A stretch of 23,383 bases of DNA from Nostoc sp. DedSLP01 (GTDB lineage Bacteria; Cyanobacteriota; Cyanobacteriia; Cyanobacteriales; Nostocaceae). The notes beneath the pieces were generated by a model. That model saw nothing but the letters and a program-made list of their open reading frames with translations. It ran no database searches and had not been told where the DNA came from. The stretch spans positions 1-23,383 of the forward strand of contig JAVRCJ020000069.1 of NCBI GenBank assembly GCA_034530875.2, given 5' to 3'. This document shows, one piece after another, positions 1 through 9,186 of this stretch (position 1 is the first letter of the stretch; each line of letters starts with the position of its first letter). The position numbers and the translations under genes are program-made.

Positions 1-245
1 CCCTGAAAAGCGATCGCTAACAAGAGTGGAATGGATGAAACAAGTATGTAGGGGGTGTGCAAAAATTTTTGTAGGTAGAAAAAGCTTACTCGTTCATGAA
101 ATACTTTCTTTAATACAAGTAAGCCAATAGCATAACTACTACTGTGACAAAGGTTATACTTAACCATGCTTCTTTAGCTATTGTAATATTTTCCGCTTTT
201 TATATACTTTTTACGTGGTTACCCAGCTAGGTGCAAGATATGAGT

Positions 246-433
246 TTGAGCAATTTCCGTGACAGTGGCTCGGCGACCTAGTGTTTGAAATACTTCTCGC
301 TGTACTTTCTTTATCTGGCTGAGTTTCTCGTTAACGTGAATCGGTAAGCGAACTGTGCGAGACTTTTCGGCGTAGACGCTCTGCGGCTTGCCGAAGGCAT
401 CGCTCTAGTAATCGCTTGAGTAACCCACCAGTA
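246..433 (-). pseudogene. Fragment of a group 1/2 (RpoD/SigB-type) sigma-70 factor gene, regions 2.3/2.4-3, truncated at both ends and frameshifted
   Basis: Manual minus-strand translation, omitting 373-398, gives YWWVTQAITRAIAEKSRTVRLPIHVNEKLSQIKKVQREVFQTLGRRATVTEIAQ. This matches the RpoD-family signature YWWIRQAITRAIA..SRTIRLPIH. Similarity is lost above ~433 and below ~246. Confidence 0.9.
373..398. repeat. 26-nt short dispersed repeat (SDR5-like) inserted into a HIP1 site
   Basis: GCG(370-372)+TAGACGCTCTGCGGCTTGCCGAAGGC+ATCGC(399-403). Removing the insert restores both GCGATCGC and the sigma reading frame. Confidence 0.8.
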
Positions 434-840
434 ATAATAATTCACTTGTTAATAACGGGTACTGACCAATTTCTTGCAAATAGACACGTACCAGATCGGA
501 ACTTAGGCTGGACATACAACTTTCAAAATTCTCCACAATTAGACAAATCTAAAAGTATAAATCAAATAGCCTCATCAAGGGGGAGAGTGATTTTTCTCTA
601 CTAAGTAGACGTAGTTCTATGCTAATTATTTAGAGATAAGTATGAATTATTACTTATATCTCTACAGATAATTTAATTAACGTTTGGTTATAGATATAAC
701 ACTCTGTATTTGCCTTGATAGACCGAAGTAACTAACACCCTAACAATTATTCTGTTGAGTTTTTATATTTTCATCTGTATAGCTTGTCAACTCAGCGCTG
801 ATGAGTCATTTTGTCATGGATTAGTCTAAACTCCAGTAGC

Positions 841-880
841 GAGTGGTTCGCGATATTTTATCGCGAACCACTCTTTCTTT
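841..880 (+). terminator. Intrinsic terminator-like hairpin with no credible gene upstream
   Basis: Perfect 15-bp stem GAGTGGTTCGCGATA-ttt-TATCGCGAACCACTC followed by TTTCTTTT. Confidence 0.7.
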
Positions 881-1369
881 TCCACATTCCGTGAAAAGCC
901 AGATAAATTATTACCTTTGATAGTTTTATTTTTGAGCAACTTATTTCTCAGGATATAAGTTATTTGGTATCTTTTATAGATAGTTTAATTATTAATACTA
1001 AAATAGTTTGGAGTTAAGAACAATTAAAATATTAATTTTTCAACTTTCTTTTTTAATCTTCATAAAATTTTTTACTTTACAAACAAAATTGAAAGCACTT
1101 AAACTTAGTCAATTTTTCTCAGTATATCAATAAAAAGTGAATGTTCTTCACAAAAATTATTTTTAGCGATCGATAATTCCTCTGGATAACAAGGAATTGC
1201 AACAACTAATTTTTGCGCTATAAAGCGCTTTAGCTAACTTGAATTGTATGTAGCCAATACAAACCAGGCAGCGCTGTTTTATGCCAAATTTTTTGAATTT
1301 ATGAATATTGCATATTGGGGTTTGAAAACTGTTAGACAAGAGTAGCATTTTCAACAGAGGTGGATGGTT

Positions 1370-3424
1370 ATGACAAAGCAACTATCACTTGAACAAGTCC
1401 TTGCTTGTGGTGTGGAAACTAATATTGCCACTACAATACTGCCGCAGGTCAATCAGTGCCTTACTTCTCTACCTGCTGACTGCTGGCAGTATCTAACTCA
1501 AGGCATCCTTAAGCCTACTCATCCCTTTGCACTACACGAACTTCTTTACAAAACCACCTTCTCCGACTGGGACAAAAGCCAAGGTTATCCTCCTGCTTGG
1601 TTTCCTTCTCACGAGCAGATACAGGTGACTAATATTGCTGCGTTAATGAAGAAGTTAAAACTAGATTCATATACAGAACTTCACGCTTGGTCAACACAAC
1701 ATCGCGCTGAATTTTGGGACATAATTATTCAACGTTTGGGTATTCGCTGGCGAGAAAAATATACCCAAATTGTTGACTTGTCAGACGGTGTTGAGTCGCC
1801 GCAATGGTTAGTAGGCGCTCAATTTAATATTATTGAAAGTTGTTTTCAAACATCCCCAAATATCCCTGCCATTATCTTCCAACCAGAAGGAGGTTCAATT
1901 TCTACTCTCAGCTATGGTGAACTCTACGCCTTGACCAACCGAGTTGCAAATGGGCTGGTGAATGCTGACTTTCAAAGAGGCGATGCGATCGCAATTATGA
2001 TGCCGATGACAGCCGAATCTGTAGCAATTTACTTGGGGATTGTCAAAGCTGGTTGCATTGTAGTTTCTATTGCTGACAGTTTTAGCGCCGCCGAAATTGC
2101 CAGGCGATTGTATTTGTCTAACGCTAAAGCAATCTTTACCCAAGACTATATTTTGCGTGGCGGTAAGCAGTTGCCCCTTTACAACAAAGTAGTAAACGCC
2201 GATGCGCCTGTTGCGATTGTGTTAGGTTCATCTGTTGAACTACGTCCTGGCGATTTAACTTGGCAGGAGTTTCTCAGTTCTAACGAGCAATTTGATGCTT
2301 TCCCTACAGATGCTAGGGCTTACACTAATATCCTATTCTCCTCTGGCACCACTGGAGAACCCAAAGTCATTCCCTGGACGCAAACCACCCCAATCAAATG
2401 TGCTGCTGATGGGCATCTGCACCAAGACATTCAGCCAGGCGATGTAGTGGCATGGCATACAAATTTAGGATGGATGATGGGGCCTTGGCTGATTTACGCT
2501 AGTTTAATCAATCAGGCAACGATCGCTCTTTATTATGGAAAACCTACAGAGCAAGAATATGGTCAGTTTATACAAAATGCAGGCGTAAATATACTTGGTG
2601 TAGTACCAAGTCTAGTCAATAGTTGGAAAACAACTGGTTGTATGCAAGGTCTAGACTGGAGTGCTATTAAAGCTTTTAGCTCGACAGGAGAGTGTTCCAA
2701 TCCTGAAGATATGTTCTACCTCATGTCCCTAGCAGGATACAAACCAGTTATCGAATATTGTGGCGGTACAGAAATCGGAGGAGCCTATATAACTGGCACT
2801 TTAGTACAACCATCAACTCCCTCAACTTTTACAACACCTGCCTTGGGGCTAGACATAATTATTCTCGACCCAGATGGTCATCCTACTAACAAAGGCGAGG
2901 CATTTATTATCCCCCCATCAATTGGACTCTCCACTGAGTTGTTAAACGCAGACCACCACGAGATATATTTTGCTAACGTCCCCCAAATCCAGGATTTAGT
3001 ACCTCTGCGTCGTCATGGCGACCAGATACAACGGTTGCCCTACAGCTACTACCGCGCTCACGGTCGCGTTGACGATACCATGAATCTCAGCGGCATCAAA
3101 GTTAGCTCTACTGAAATTGAACAAGTTCTAAATGCCGAGTCAGGAATATCTGAAACTGCCGCTATTGCTGTTTCCTCTTTATCAGGAGGGCCAAGTCAAT
3201 TAGTTCTGTATGTGGTGGTCAAACCGGATGTCCAGAAGGATAAAGCTGCGATCGCCACATCCTTGCAAAAAGCAATCAACCAGCGTCTCAATCCTCTATT
3301 TAAGATTCACGATATTGTCATCGTCGATCGCTTACCTCGCACTGCTTCTAACAAAGTTATGCGCCGTGTGTTGCGCGACCAATATCAAAGTACTTTACCT
3401 CAACCTACCAAGTTATATGCGTAA
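1370..3424 (+). CDS. AMP-forming acyl-CoA synthetase (probable acetoacetate-CoA ligase; resembles plant AAE17/AAE18 type)
   Basis: AMP-binding motif ILFSSGTTGEPK, plus EYCGGTEIGG, RHGD, GRVDDTMNLSGIKV and LPRTASNKVMRR. ATG 1370 is best spaced from the GAGG RBS; ATG 1364 is the alternative. Confidence 0.85.
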   Translation: MTKQLSLEQVLACGVETNIATTILPQVNQCLTSLPADCWQYLTQGILKPTHPFALHELLYKTTFSDWDKSQGYPPAWFPSHEQIQVTNIAALMKKLKLDSYTELHAWSTQHRAEFWDIIIQRLGIRWREKYTQIVDLSDGVESPQWLVGAQFNIIESCFQTSPNIPAIIFQPEGGSISTLSYGELYALTNRVANGLVNADFQRGDAIAIMMPMTAESVAIYLGIVKAGCIVVSIADSFSAAEIARRLYLSNAKAIFTQDYILRGGKQLPLYNKVVNADAPVAIVLGSSVELRPGDLTWQEFLSSNEQFDAFPTDARAYTNILFSSGTTGEPKVIPWTQTTPIKCAADGHLHQDIQPGDVVAWHTNLGWMMGPWLIYASLINQATIALYYGKPTEQEYGQFIQNAGVNILGVVPSLVNSWKTTGCMQGLDWSAIKAFSSTGECSNPEDMFYLMSLAGYKPVIEYCGGTEIGGAYITGTLVQPSTPSTFTTPALGLDIIILDPDGHPTNKGEAFIIPPSIGLSTELLNADHHEIYFANVPQIQDLVPLRRHGDQIQRLPYSYYRAHGRVDDTMNLSGIKVSSTEIEQVLNAESGISETAAIAVSSLSGGPSQLVLYVVVKPDVQKDKAAIATSLQKAINQRLNPLFKIHDIVIVDRLPRTASNKVMRRVLRDQYQSTLPQPTKLYA

Positions 3425-4607
3425 AGTCTATATTGTCTCAGCAGTCCGCACGCCCCTGGGTAAATTTGGTGGTGTACTAGCGGGACTATCTCCCGTAGAT
3501 TTGGGGGCCCATGTCATGCAAGCAGCGATCGCCAAAGCAGGAATTCCGGCAGTAGCTTTAGACTTATATATTATGGGTAACGTCCTTCGAGCCGGACACG
3601 GACAATTGTTGCCCCGCCAAGCAGCGATCGAGGCGGGAATTCCAGAAACAGTGAATGGGTATGCTGTAGATATGGTCTGCTCTTCAGGCATGATGAGCTT
3701 ACTCAACGCAACTAATACTATCCGAGTTGGGGACGCAGATATAGTTCTCGCTGGAGGTATGGAATCAATGTCTCAGGCGGGTTTTTTACTATCTCACAGA
3801 GCGAGGTGGGGTTATAAATTCTTATTGGGTGTGCCAGAGTCATTAACAGACCTACTACTCTGTGATGGATTGACTGATGCTACCACAGGGCAAACGATGG
3901 GAGAACAGGCAGAACGCATTGCCGAAATGTACGGATTTTGCCGTCAGGAATTAGATGAAGTAGCATTTTATTCTCATCAAAAAGCGGCTGCGGCAATGCA
4001 GCGAGGTAGCTTTGGCAAAGAGATTGTCCCCATCACAGTGAAAACCAAACAGGGCAAGCAATTAGTAGATACGGATGAAGGAATTCGTCCTGATACTACC
4101 TGCTTTGACCTTGCTAAACTACATTCTGTTTTTCAGCCAAATGGTGTACTGACAGCAGGAAACAGTAGTCAGATATCAGATGGTGCTGCTGCTGTGATTT
4201 TAGCCAGTCCGTCAGCAGTGGAAAGATATGAATTGCAGCCGAGCGCAGAAGTGTTAGGTGCGACTTGGGCCAGTGGTGAGACTTGGCGTTTCCTAGAAGC
4301 ACCCGTTTGGGCAGTTAAACAGTTGTTAGAAAAGCTCGGCATGACGGTAGCTGATATTGACTTGTTCGAGAATAATGAAGCTTTTGCTGTGAGCAACTTG
4401 CTTTTTAGTCAGTTATTGAGCGTTCCCAAGGAAAAGTTAAACGTTAACGGCGGTGCGATCGCTCTAGGACATCCCATTGGAGCCTCTGGAACAAGGCTGG
4501 TTGTCACATTGCTCAATGCTTTAAAAGAACAGAATAAAACCGTGGGCATAGCTGCCCTATGCCACGGTACTGGTGGAGGAACTGCAATTGCAATCAAACG
4601 GCTTTAG
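3417..4607 (+). CDS. Acetyl-CoA C-acetyltransferase (thiolase)
   Basis: Typical N-terminus MRKVYIVSAVRTPLGKFGG; catalytic motifs VCSSG, NEAF, GHPIGASG and ALCHGTGG. ATG 3417 overlaps the upstream stop (ATGCGTAA), so the ORF-track start at 3210 is over-extended. Confidence 0.93.
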   Translation: MRKVYIVSAVRTPLGKFGGVLAGLSPVDLGAHVMQAAIAKAGIPAVALDLYIMGNVLRAGHGQLLPRQAAIEAGIPETVNGYAVDMVCSSGMMSLLNATNTIRVGDADIVLAGGMESMSQAGFLLSHRARWGYKFLLGVPESLTDLLLCDGLTDATTGQTMGEQAERIAEMYGFCRQELDEVAFYSHQKAAAAMQRGSFGKEIVPITVKTKQGKQLVDTDEGIRPDTTCFDLAKLHSVFQPNGVLTAGNSSQISDGAAAVILASPSAVERYELQPSAEVLGATWASGETWRFLEAPVWAVKQLLEKLGMTVADIDLFENNEAFAVSNLLFSQLLSVPKEKLNVNGGAIALGHPIGASGTRLVVTLLNALKEQNKTVGIAALCHGTGGGTAIAIKRL

Positions 4608-4626
4608 ACTTTTGGTTAGATTGTCT

Positions 4627-5538
4627 TCATTGCAGTAAATCGCTATACAAACCATCCCAAAAAACGGCGATCGCTTCTAGAATCTGCCATCCTCCTTCAA
4701 AGAATTTGGTGCGATCGAAGTTAGGACTGAAGTAAACCTCTTCTAATTCCTCAAGGGTGTGTGCAGCGTGTTGTGCCTCCACCCGGTTATGCCAGGTGAA
4801 GAATGCCAAACGTAACTGCGGATGACGCATCTGTTTAATACGTGTAAAACCATCTTCCAATTCCTGCCAGAAACCAGCCGCCGCCCAGTGTTCGACGGCA
4901 AAGCTAGCACCCTGGGCAATCTGGCGATCGTCGCTACCGTAGAGGTGAATCAGTTCATCACAGAAGTGCAAGGTTGTAGGACTGCCGTGCTTGCGCTTGC
5001 CCATATCTGCAAAATCTAGCCCCAGCCCCTTAGCCACCCCCAGCAGCCATTCAAAATGAGCTGCTTGGAAACGGCAAATACCACCGTCTACTGTGCCTTC
5101 AGTGCTGACTAATTCGGGATCTCCTTCTTTGTCCTTTGCTTGCTCAGTGAGTGCAATAAGGTTAGGGATTTGTTCGGTGTGGCGGTAAATGACTCCCAGT
5201 TCGTTGAGCAATATCTCCCGACTAGCCCGCGACTGCTGGAGAGTAGGAGAATTGATAACTTTCAACAAAGCTGCAACGAGGAACTGGTTAGAGAAAACAG
5301 AGAATTGCTGAATAAAATGCCGCAGTTCTACATCTGTAGCTGTGCCTTTTTGAAACCACTTAGTATAGGCATTGTTTCTGATAATGCGATGGTGCAATAA
5401 TTTGCGCTCAACATCTTTGAGAAACTCTTGAAAGTCGTCTATCTGCTGTTGCGTTAACGTGCCTTGACGCAAACGCTCTTGAATCCGCGAAGAAATAGTC
5501 AGATGAATTCGCTTTTTTGAAAATGCTTGAGCGATCAT
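4627..5538 (-). CDS. Heme-oxygenase-like diiron oxidase (CADD/PqqC/TenA-fold iron-containing redox enzyme)
   Basis: Helical protein with the candidate diiron ligand series NELG, AAHFEWL, FAVEHW and FFTWHNRVEAQH (H-x3-E-x2-H, like CADD H-x3-D-x2-H). AGGAG RBS upstream. Confidence 0.7.
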   Translation of the reverse strand: MIAQAFSKKRIHLTISSRIQERLRQGTLTQQQIDDFQEFLKDVERKLLHHRIIRNNAYTKWFQKGTATDVELRHFIQQFSVFSNQFLVAALLKVINSPTLQQSRASREILLNELGVIYRHTEQIPNLIALTEQAKDKEGDPELVSTEGTVDGGICRFQAAHFEWLLGVAKGLGLDFADMGKRKHGSPTTLHFCDELIHLYGSDDRQIAQGASFAVEHWAAAGFWQELEDGFTRIKQMRHPQLRLAFFTWHNRVEAQHAAHTLEELEEVYFSPNFDRTKFFEGGWQILEAIAVFWDGLYSDLLQ

Positions 5539-5673
5539 ATATATTACTCCTAGTTTGAAACTAAAAAATAAAGAACAAAAAACAGAAATAGAGAATAGAG
5601 ACCAGGAGAGAATTACTTATATAGCAACCCGTGTAGGAGATCCAAACAAACCTATTGCCTATTGCCTCCAGCC

Positions 5674-6831
5674 TCACGCAAGCCAACTGTAAACATAATT
5701 TTTGTCTTCCAAAGCCATAGCATTCGTCGTCAGTCTCAATGGTCGAAAAGTATCAATCATCACAGCAAGTTCGTTAGTTCGTTCTTTGCCGATTGACCCT
5801 TCGTACATCCCTGGGTGCGGGCCATGAGGAATACCACTCGGATGTAAGGTGATCGAGCCTCGCTCAATTCCTTTGCGAGACATAAATTTGCCCTCAACGT
5901 AGTAGATAACCTCATCTGAATCGACATTAGAGTGATTGTATGGGGCTGGAATTGCCTGGGGATGATAGTCAAACATTCGCGGTACAAAGGAACACAAGAC
6001 AAAGCCAGGGCCATCAAAGGTTTGATGCACGGGTGGTGGCTGGTGTATTTTGCCTGTAATTGGCTCAAAGTCCTCAATATTGAATGCAAATGGCCAAAGA
6101 TGTCCATCCCAGCCAACTACATCCAGAGGATGATGTTTATACAAGTAACGACTAAACCCACCGCGAGCTTTGAGTAATACCTCAAACTCTCCTTCTTCAT
6201 CGTGAGTAATCAGTGCTGATGGCGGACGAATATCTCGCTCGCAATAAGGTGCGTGTTCGAGGAATTGACCGTACTGATTGAGATAGCGTTTGGGTGGCTC
6301 AATATGCCCGTATGCTTCGATCACAAGCATTCGCTGCTGTACTTCTTCATCTGGCAAAATGCGCCAAACAACCCCAGTCGGAATCACCAGATAATCCCCC
6401 GGTCTATAGTGGATGATTCCATACTGACTTTCTAGAACACCCCTGCCTTCGTGAATGAAAATTACTTCATCTCCATGTGCAAAACGATACCAATATTGCA
6501 TAGGTGCTGTAGGCACAGCTACGGAAATACAGACATCTGCATTGGCTATTAAAGGAATCCGAGATGCAATAGCATCGCCTTGAGCAGTTAGAGTTGCTGT
6601 ATGCAGATGACGGTGGCTCAGGGGAACCGATTCTTCATAAGATATATCTCTTTTGCTCTCCAGCAAAATTTTCTGGATTTGAGTGGGTGGATGCAGGTGG
6701 TAAAGCAGGGATTGAATACCCGAAAAACCACGAGTTCCCATCAGTTCTTCGTGATATAAAGAACCATCAGTTTGATGAAATTGAGTGTGGCGTTTATGAG
6801 GAATATTTCCTAATTTGTAGTAATAGGTCAT
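5674..6831 (-). CDS. hmgA: Homogentisate 1,2-dioxygenase
   Basis: HHPLDVVGWDG, IHQPPPVHQTF, FVPR, PYNHSNVDSDEV, IPHGPHP and ELAVMIDT motifs; adjacent to hppD. Confidence 0.95.
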   Translation of the reverse strand: MTYYYKLGNIPHKRHTQFHQTDGSLYHEELMGTRGFSGIQSLLYHLHPPTQIQKILLESKRDISYEESVPLSHRHLHTATLTAQGDAIASRIPLIANADVCISVAVPTAPMQYWYRFAHGDEVIFIHEGRGVLESQYGIIHYRPGDYLVIPTGVVWRILPDEEVQQRMLVIEAYGHIEPPKRYLNQYGQFLEHAPYCERDIRPPSALITHDEEGEFEVLLKARGGFSRYLYKHHPLDVVGWDGHLWPFAFNIEDFEPITGKIHQPPPVHQTFDGPGFVLCSFVPRMFDYHPQAIPAPYNHSNVDSDEVIYYVEGKFMSRKGIERGSITLHPSGIPHGPHPGMYEGSIGKERTNELAVMIDTFRPLRLTTNAMALEDKNYVYSWLA

Positions 6832-6886
6832 GGTTTTACCCCGCTTGTTTGGGTTTACCGTAGCTCCTTCTTTAAAACGGCATCAT

Positions 6887-7975
6887 CTAAAGATTTCCTC
6901 GCCGCGCTTGCTCGCGCTCAATTGCTTCAAACAAAGCTTTGAAATTTCCCTCTCCAAAGCCTTGGCAGCCATGTCGCTCAACTACCTCAAAGAACAGTGT
7001 TGGTCGATCTTCTACAGGCTGAGTGAAAATTTGTAACAAATAACCATCGCGATCGCAATCTACAAGGATTCCTAATTCTGCTAGTTTATCCAGTGGCTCT
7101 TCAATTTTCCCTACCCGTTCTTCTATGTTCTCGTAGTAGGTTGGAGGAATGTTGAGAAACTCAACCCCTGTTGCTCTAAGTCGGGAAACCGTCTCGATAA
7201 TGTTGCTGGTTGCAAGGGCGACGTGTTGAATTCCAAGACCCTGATTATATTCTAGATATTCTTCAATTTGAGACTTCCGTTTGCCTTGGGCTGGCTCATT
7301 GATCGGCAATTTGATTTTACCTGTACTGTCCTGCATCACTTTGGACATCAAGGCAGAGTATTCTGTGGAAATAGTTTCATCGTCAAAGTGTATTAATAGC
7401 TCAAAACCCATAGTATCAGCGAAGAACTTAGCCCACCGCTCCATACCACCCAGTTCGACATTACCAACTACATGGTCAATGTTAGTTAGACCTACTCCCT
7501 TTCCCTTAGCTGAGTCTCGAGGCTGAAAACTAGGTGCGAAAACTCCAGTGTAATTACTGCGCTCTACAAACTTGAGCAAAATATCGCCATAGATGTGAAT
7601 AGCAGCGTAGCGAATTATTCCATATTCGTCTTTTTCTTCAGTGGGTGGAATTGCTCCCACTGCACCCCGCGCGGTTGATTCCTGGTAGGCACTGGCGGCA
7701 TTAGGAACTTCCAGCGCAATAACAGCTATGCTATCGCCGTGCTGAAGTACACTTTTACAGATGGGATGATTTGGATTCAAGCCACTACTTAAAAGAAAGC
7801 GAATTTCGCCTTGCTCCATAACATAGGAAGCCGTTTTGCGATCGCCAGTTTCTAAACCCCGGTAAGCTGTATTGGTAAATCCGAAAGCTTGGGAGTAAAA
7901 CAGTGCTGCTTGCCTGGCGTTACCTACATAAAATTCAAGGTGGTCGAATCGTTGAATCGGAAAAAAATCATTCAC
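6887..7975 (-). CDS. hppD: 4-hydroxyphenylpyruvate dioxygenase
   Basis: DHVVGNV, SQIEEYL, GIQHVAL, GYLLQIFT, FFEVVER and GFGEGNFKALFEAIEREQARRGNL. GTG start with an AAGGAGG RBS. Confidence 0.97.
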   Translation of the reverse strand: MNDFFPIQRFDHLEFYVGNARQAALFYSQAFGFTNTAYRGLETGDRKTASYVMEQGEIRFLLSSGLNPNHPICKSVLQHGDSIAVIALEVPNAASAYQESTARGAVGAIPPTEEKDEYGIIRYAAIHIYGDILLKFVERSNYTGVFAPSFQPRDSAKGKGVGLTNIDHVVGNVELGGMERWAKFFADTMGFELLIHFDDETISTEYSALMSKVMQDSTGKIKLPINEPAQGKRKSQIEEYLEYNQGLGIQHVALATSNIIETVSRLRATGVEFLNIPPTYYENIEERVGKIEEPLDKLAELGILVDCDRDGYLLQIFTQPVEDRPTLFFEVVERHGCQGFGEGNFKALFEAIEREQARRGNL

Positions 7976-8059
7976 GGTAATTCCTCCTTTCGGGAACTAC
8001 AGTTATTAGTAGAAGGGAAGAAATAAAAGTAAAAGAGTAATATCAAGACAGTCTATTTA

Positions 8060-8079
8060 TGCAATACAAAAATATTGCA
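8060..8079. promoter_or_regulatory. Candidate operator palindrome in the divergent hppD / hypothetical-fahA promoter region
   Basis: TGCAATA-caaaaa-TATTGCA, perfect 7-bp arms. Confidence 0.4.
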
Positions 8080-8298
8080 GATACGTTCGTATTTTTGCGC
8101 CTATCCTGCGATTTCTGCTTTGCAGTGCTTGTCTAATGCGCTTTTACGTAAATTAATTTTTCTACCTATTTTAAGTATAGATATGTCAACAAGAAAATTT
8201 ACAAGTATGTAACTAAAAATTAACCAGAGCAATTAAAGTTCTAGATTTACATCGGTTAATTCTGAGTTAGCATGATTTTAGTCAGGAGATTATCTCCA

Positions 8299-9186
8299 AT
8301 GCTGGCATTGATAAAAACACTGTTCTCATCAATTGTTGACTATGCTGGACTGTTCCCCCCAGCAAAACTCACTATGGAAGAGGCGATCGCCAATTATGCT
8401 CGCTATCAAAATACTTACCACCACTGGATGTTAGGGAACTTTGTACTACCAGTGTCGCGGATAAATGAGTTTGAACAACTGCTTTTAAAGTTGCCTATAG
8501 AAGGGAGTAAAACTAAACACTGGCGGCTCAGTTTAATAATCTCTCAAGAAGTGGAGTCGGCGATCGCCAAAATTCAAGCTCTAAATGACAATCATAGAAT
8601 AGCGATCGCCTCCCTAGAATTTCCGCCGCTTTCCCTGAGAGAAATTGATAAAGTATTTCCCGATCTTCCTGCTGACATTGAGGCGTTTTTTGAAGTTCCT
8701 TATAATGAGGACTTGAAAGCATATTTAACTTTACTGCAACGCCCTGGTATATCGGCTAAAATTCGCACTGGCGGATTGAGTGCCGAGTCTTTTCCTACTA
8801 TTTCTCAGCTTTATGGGTTTATCTTTGCTTGTGCTGAAGCTCAAGTTGCTTTTAAAGCAACTGCTGGACTGCATCATCCCCTACCAGGGAGCTATCCCTT
8901 AACATACGAGCCAGATAGCTCTAATGCGATGATGCATGGCTTTGTGAATGTAGCAGTCTTAGCAGCACTGGTTTATTGGCAGAAGGTAACTGCACAAGAA
9001 GCCCTAGTAATTCTTAAAGAGTCCACTATCGAAAGTTTCCAAATTTCAGCAGATAGCATTGTTTGGAAAGACCGCCAACTGAACATCTGGGAGCTACAAA
9101 AGGCTCGGCAAAGTTTCTTTCGTTGTTTTGGCTCTTGCTCATTTCAAGAACCCATAGAATCACTCCAGAATCTGAAACTGTTATGA
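8299..9186 (+). CDS. Conserved hypothetical protein translationally coupled to fahA
   Basis: Enzyme-like motifs VDYAGLFPPA, AKIRTGG, FKATAGLHHP, MHGFVN and FGSCSFQEP. AGGAG at 8284-8288 favours ATG 8299 over 8272. Its stop overlaps the fahA start (ATGA). Confidence 0.8.
   Translation: MLALIKTLFSSIVDYAGLFPPAKLTMEEAIANYARYQNTYHHWMLGNFVLPVSRINEFEQLLLKLPIEGSKTKHWRLSLIISQEVESAIAKIQALNDNHRIAIASLEFPPLSLREIDKVFPDLPADIEAFFEVPYNEDLKAYLTLLQRPGISAKIRTGGLSAESFPTISQLYGFIFACAEAQVAFKATAGLHHPLPGSYPLTYEPDSSNAMMHGFVNVAVLAALVYWQKVTAQEALVILKESTIESFQISADSIVWKDRQLNIWELQKARQSFFRCFGSCSFQEPIESLQNLKLL

Noticed and set aside
416..604. 62-aa ORF on the + strand
   Set aside because: TTG start, no RBS, no recognisable motif, and it overlaps the sigma pseudogene on the opposite strand.
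1244..1261. TGTA...TACA as a possible NtcA site upstream of the synthetase
   Set aside because: The spacing is GTA-N9-TAC, not the required N8.
1163..1381. 72-aa ORF on the - strand
   Set aside because: Lies antisense across the synthetase promoter and start, with no protein features.
3210..3416. N-terminal extension of the thiolase ORF (likewise 9063-9182 for fahA, 11838-11945 for DUF1822 and 15368-15409 for the ATP-grasp)
   Set aside because: These extensions overlap upstream genes or repeat DNA; family-typical N-termini and coupled ATG starts lie downstream.
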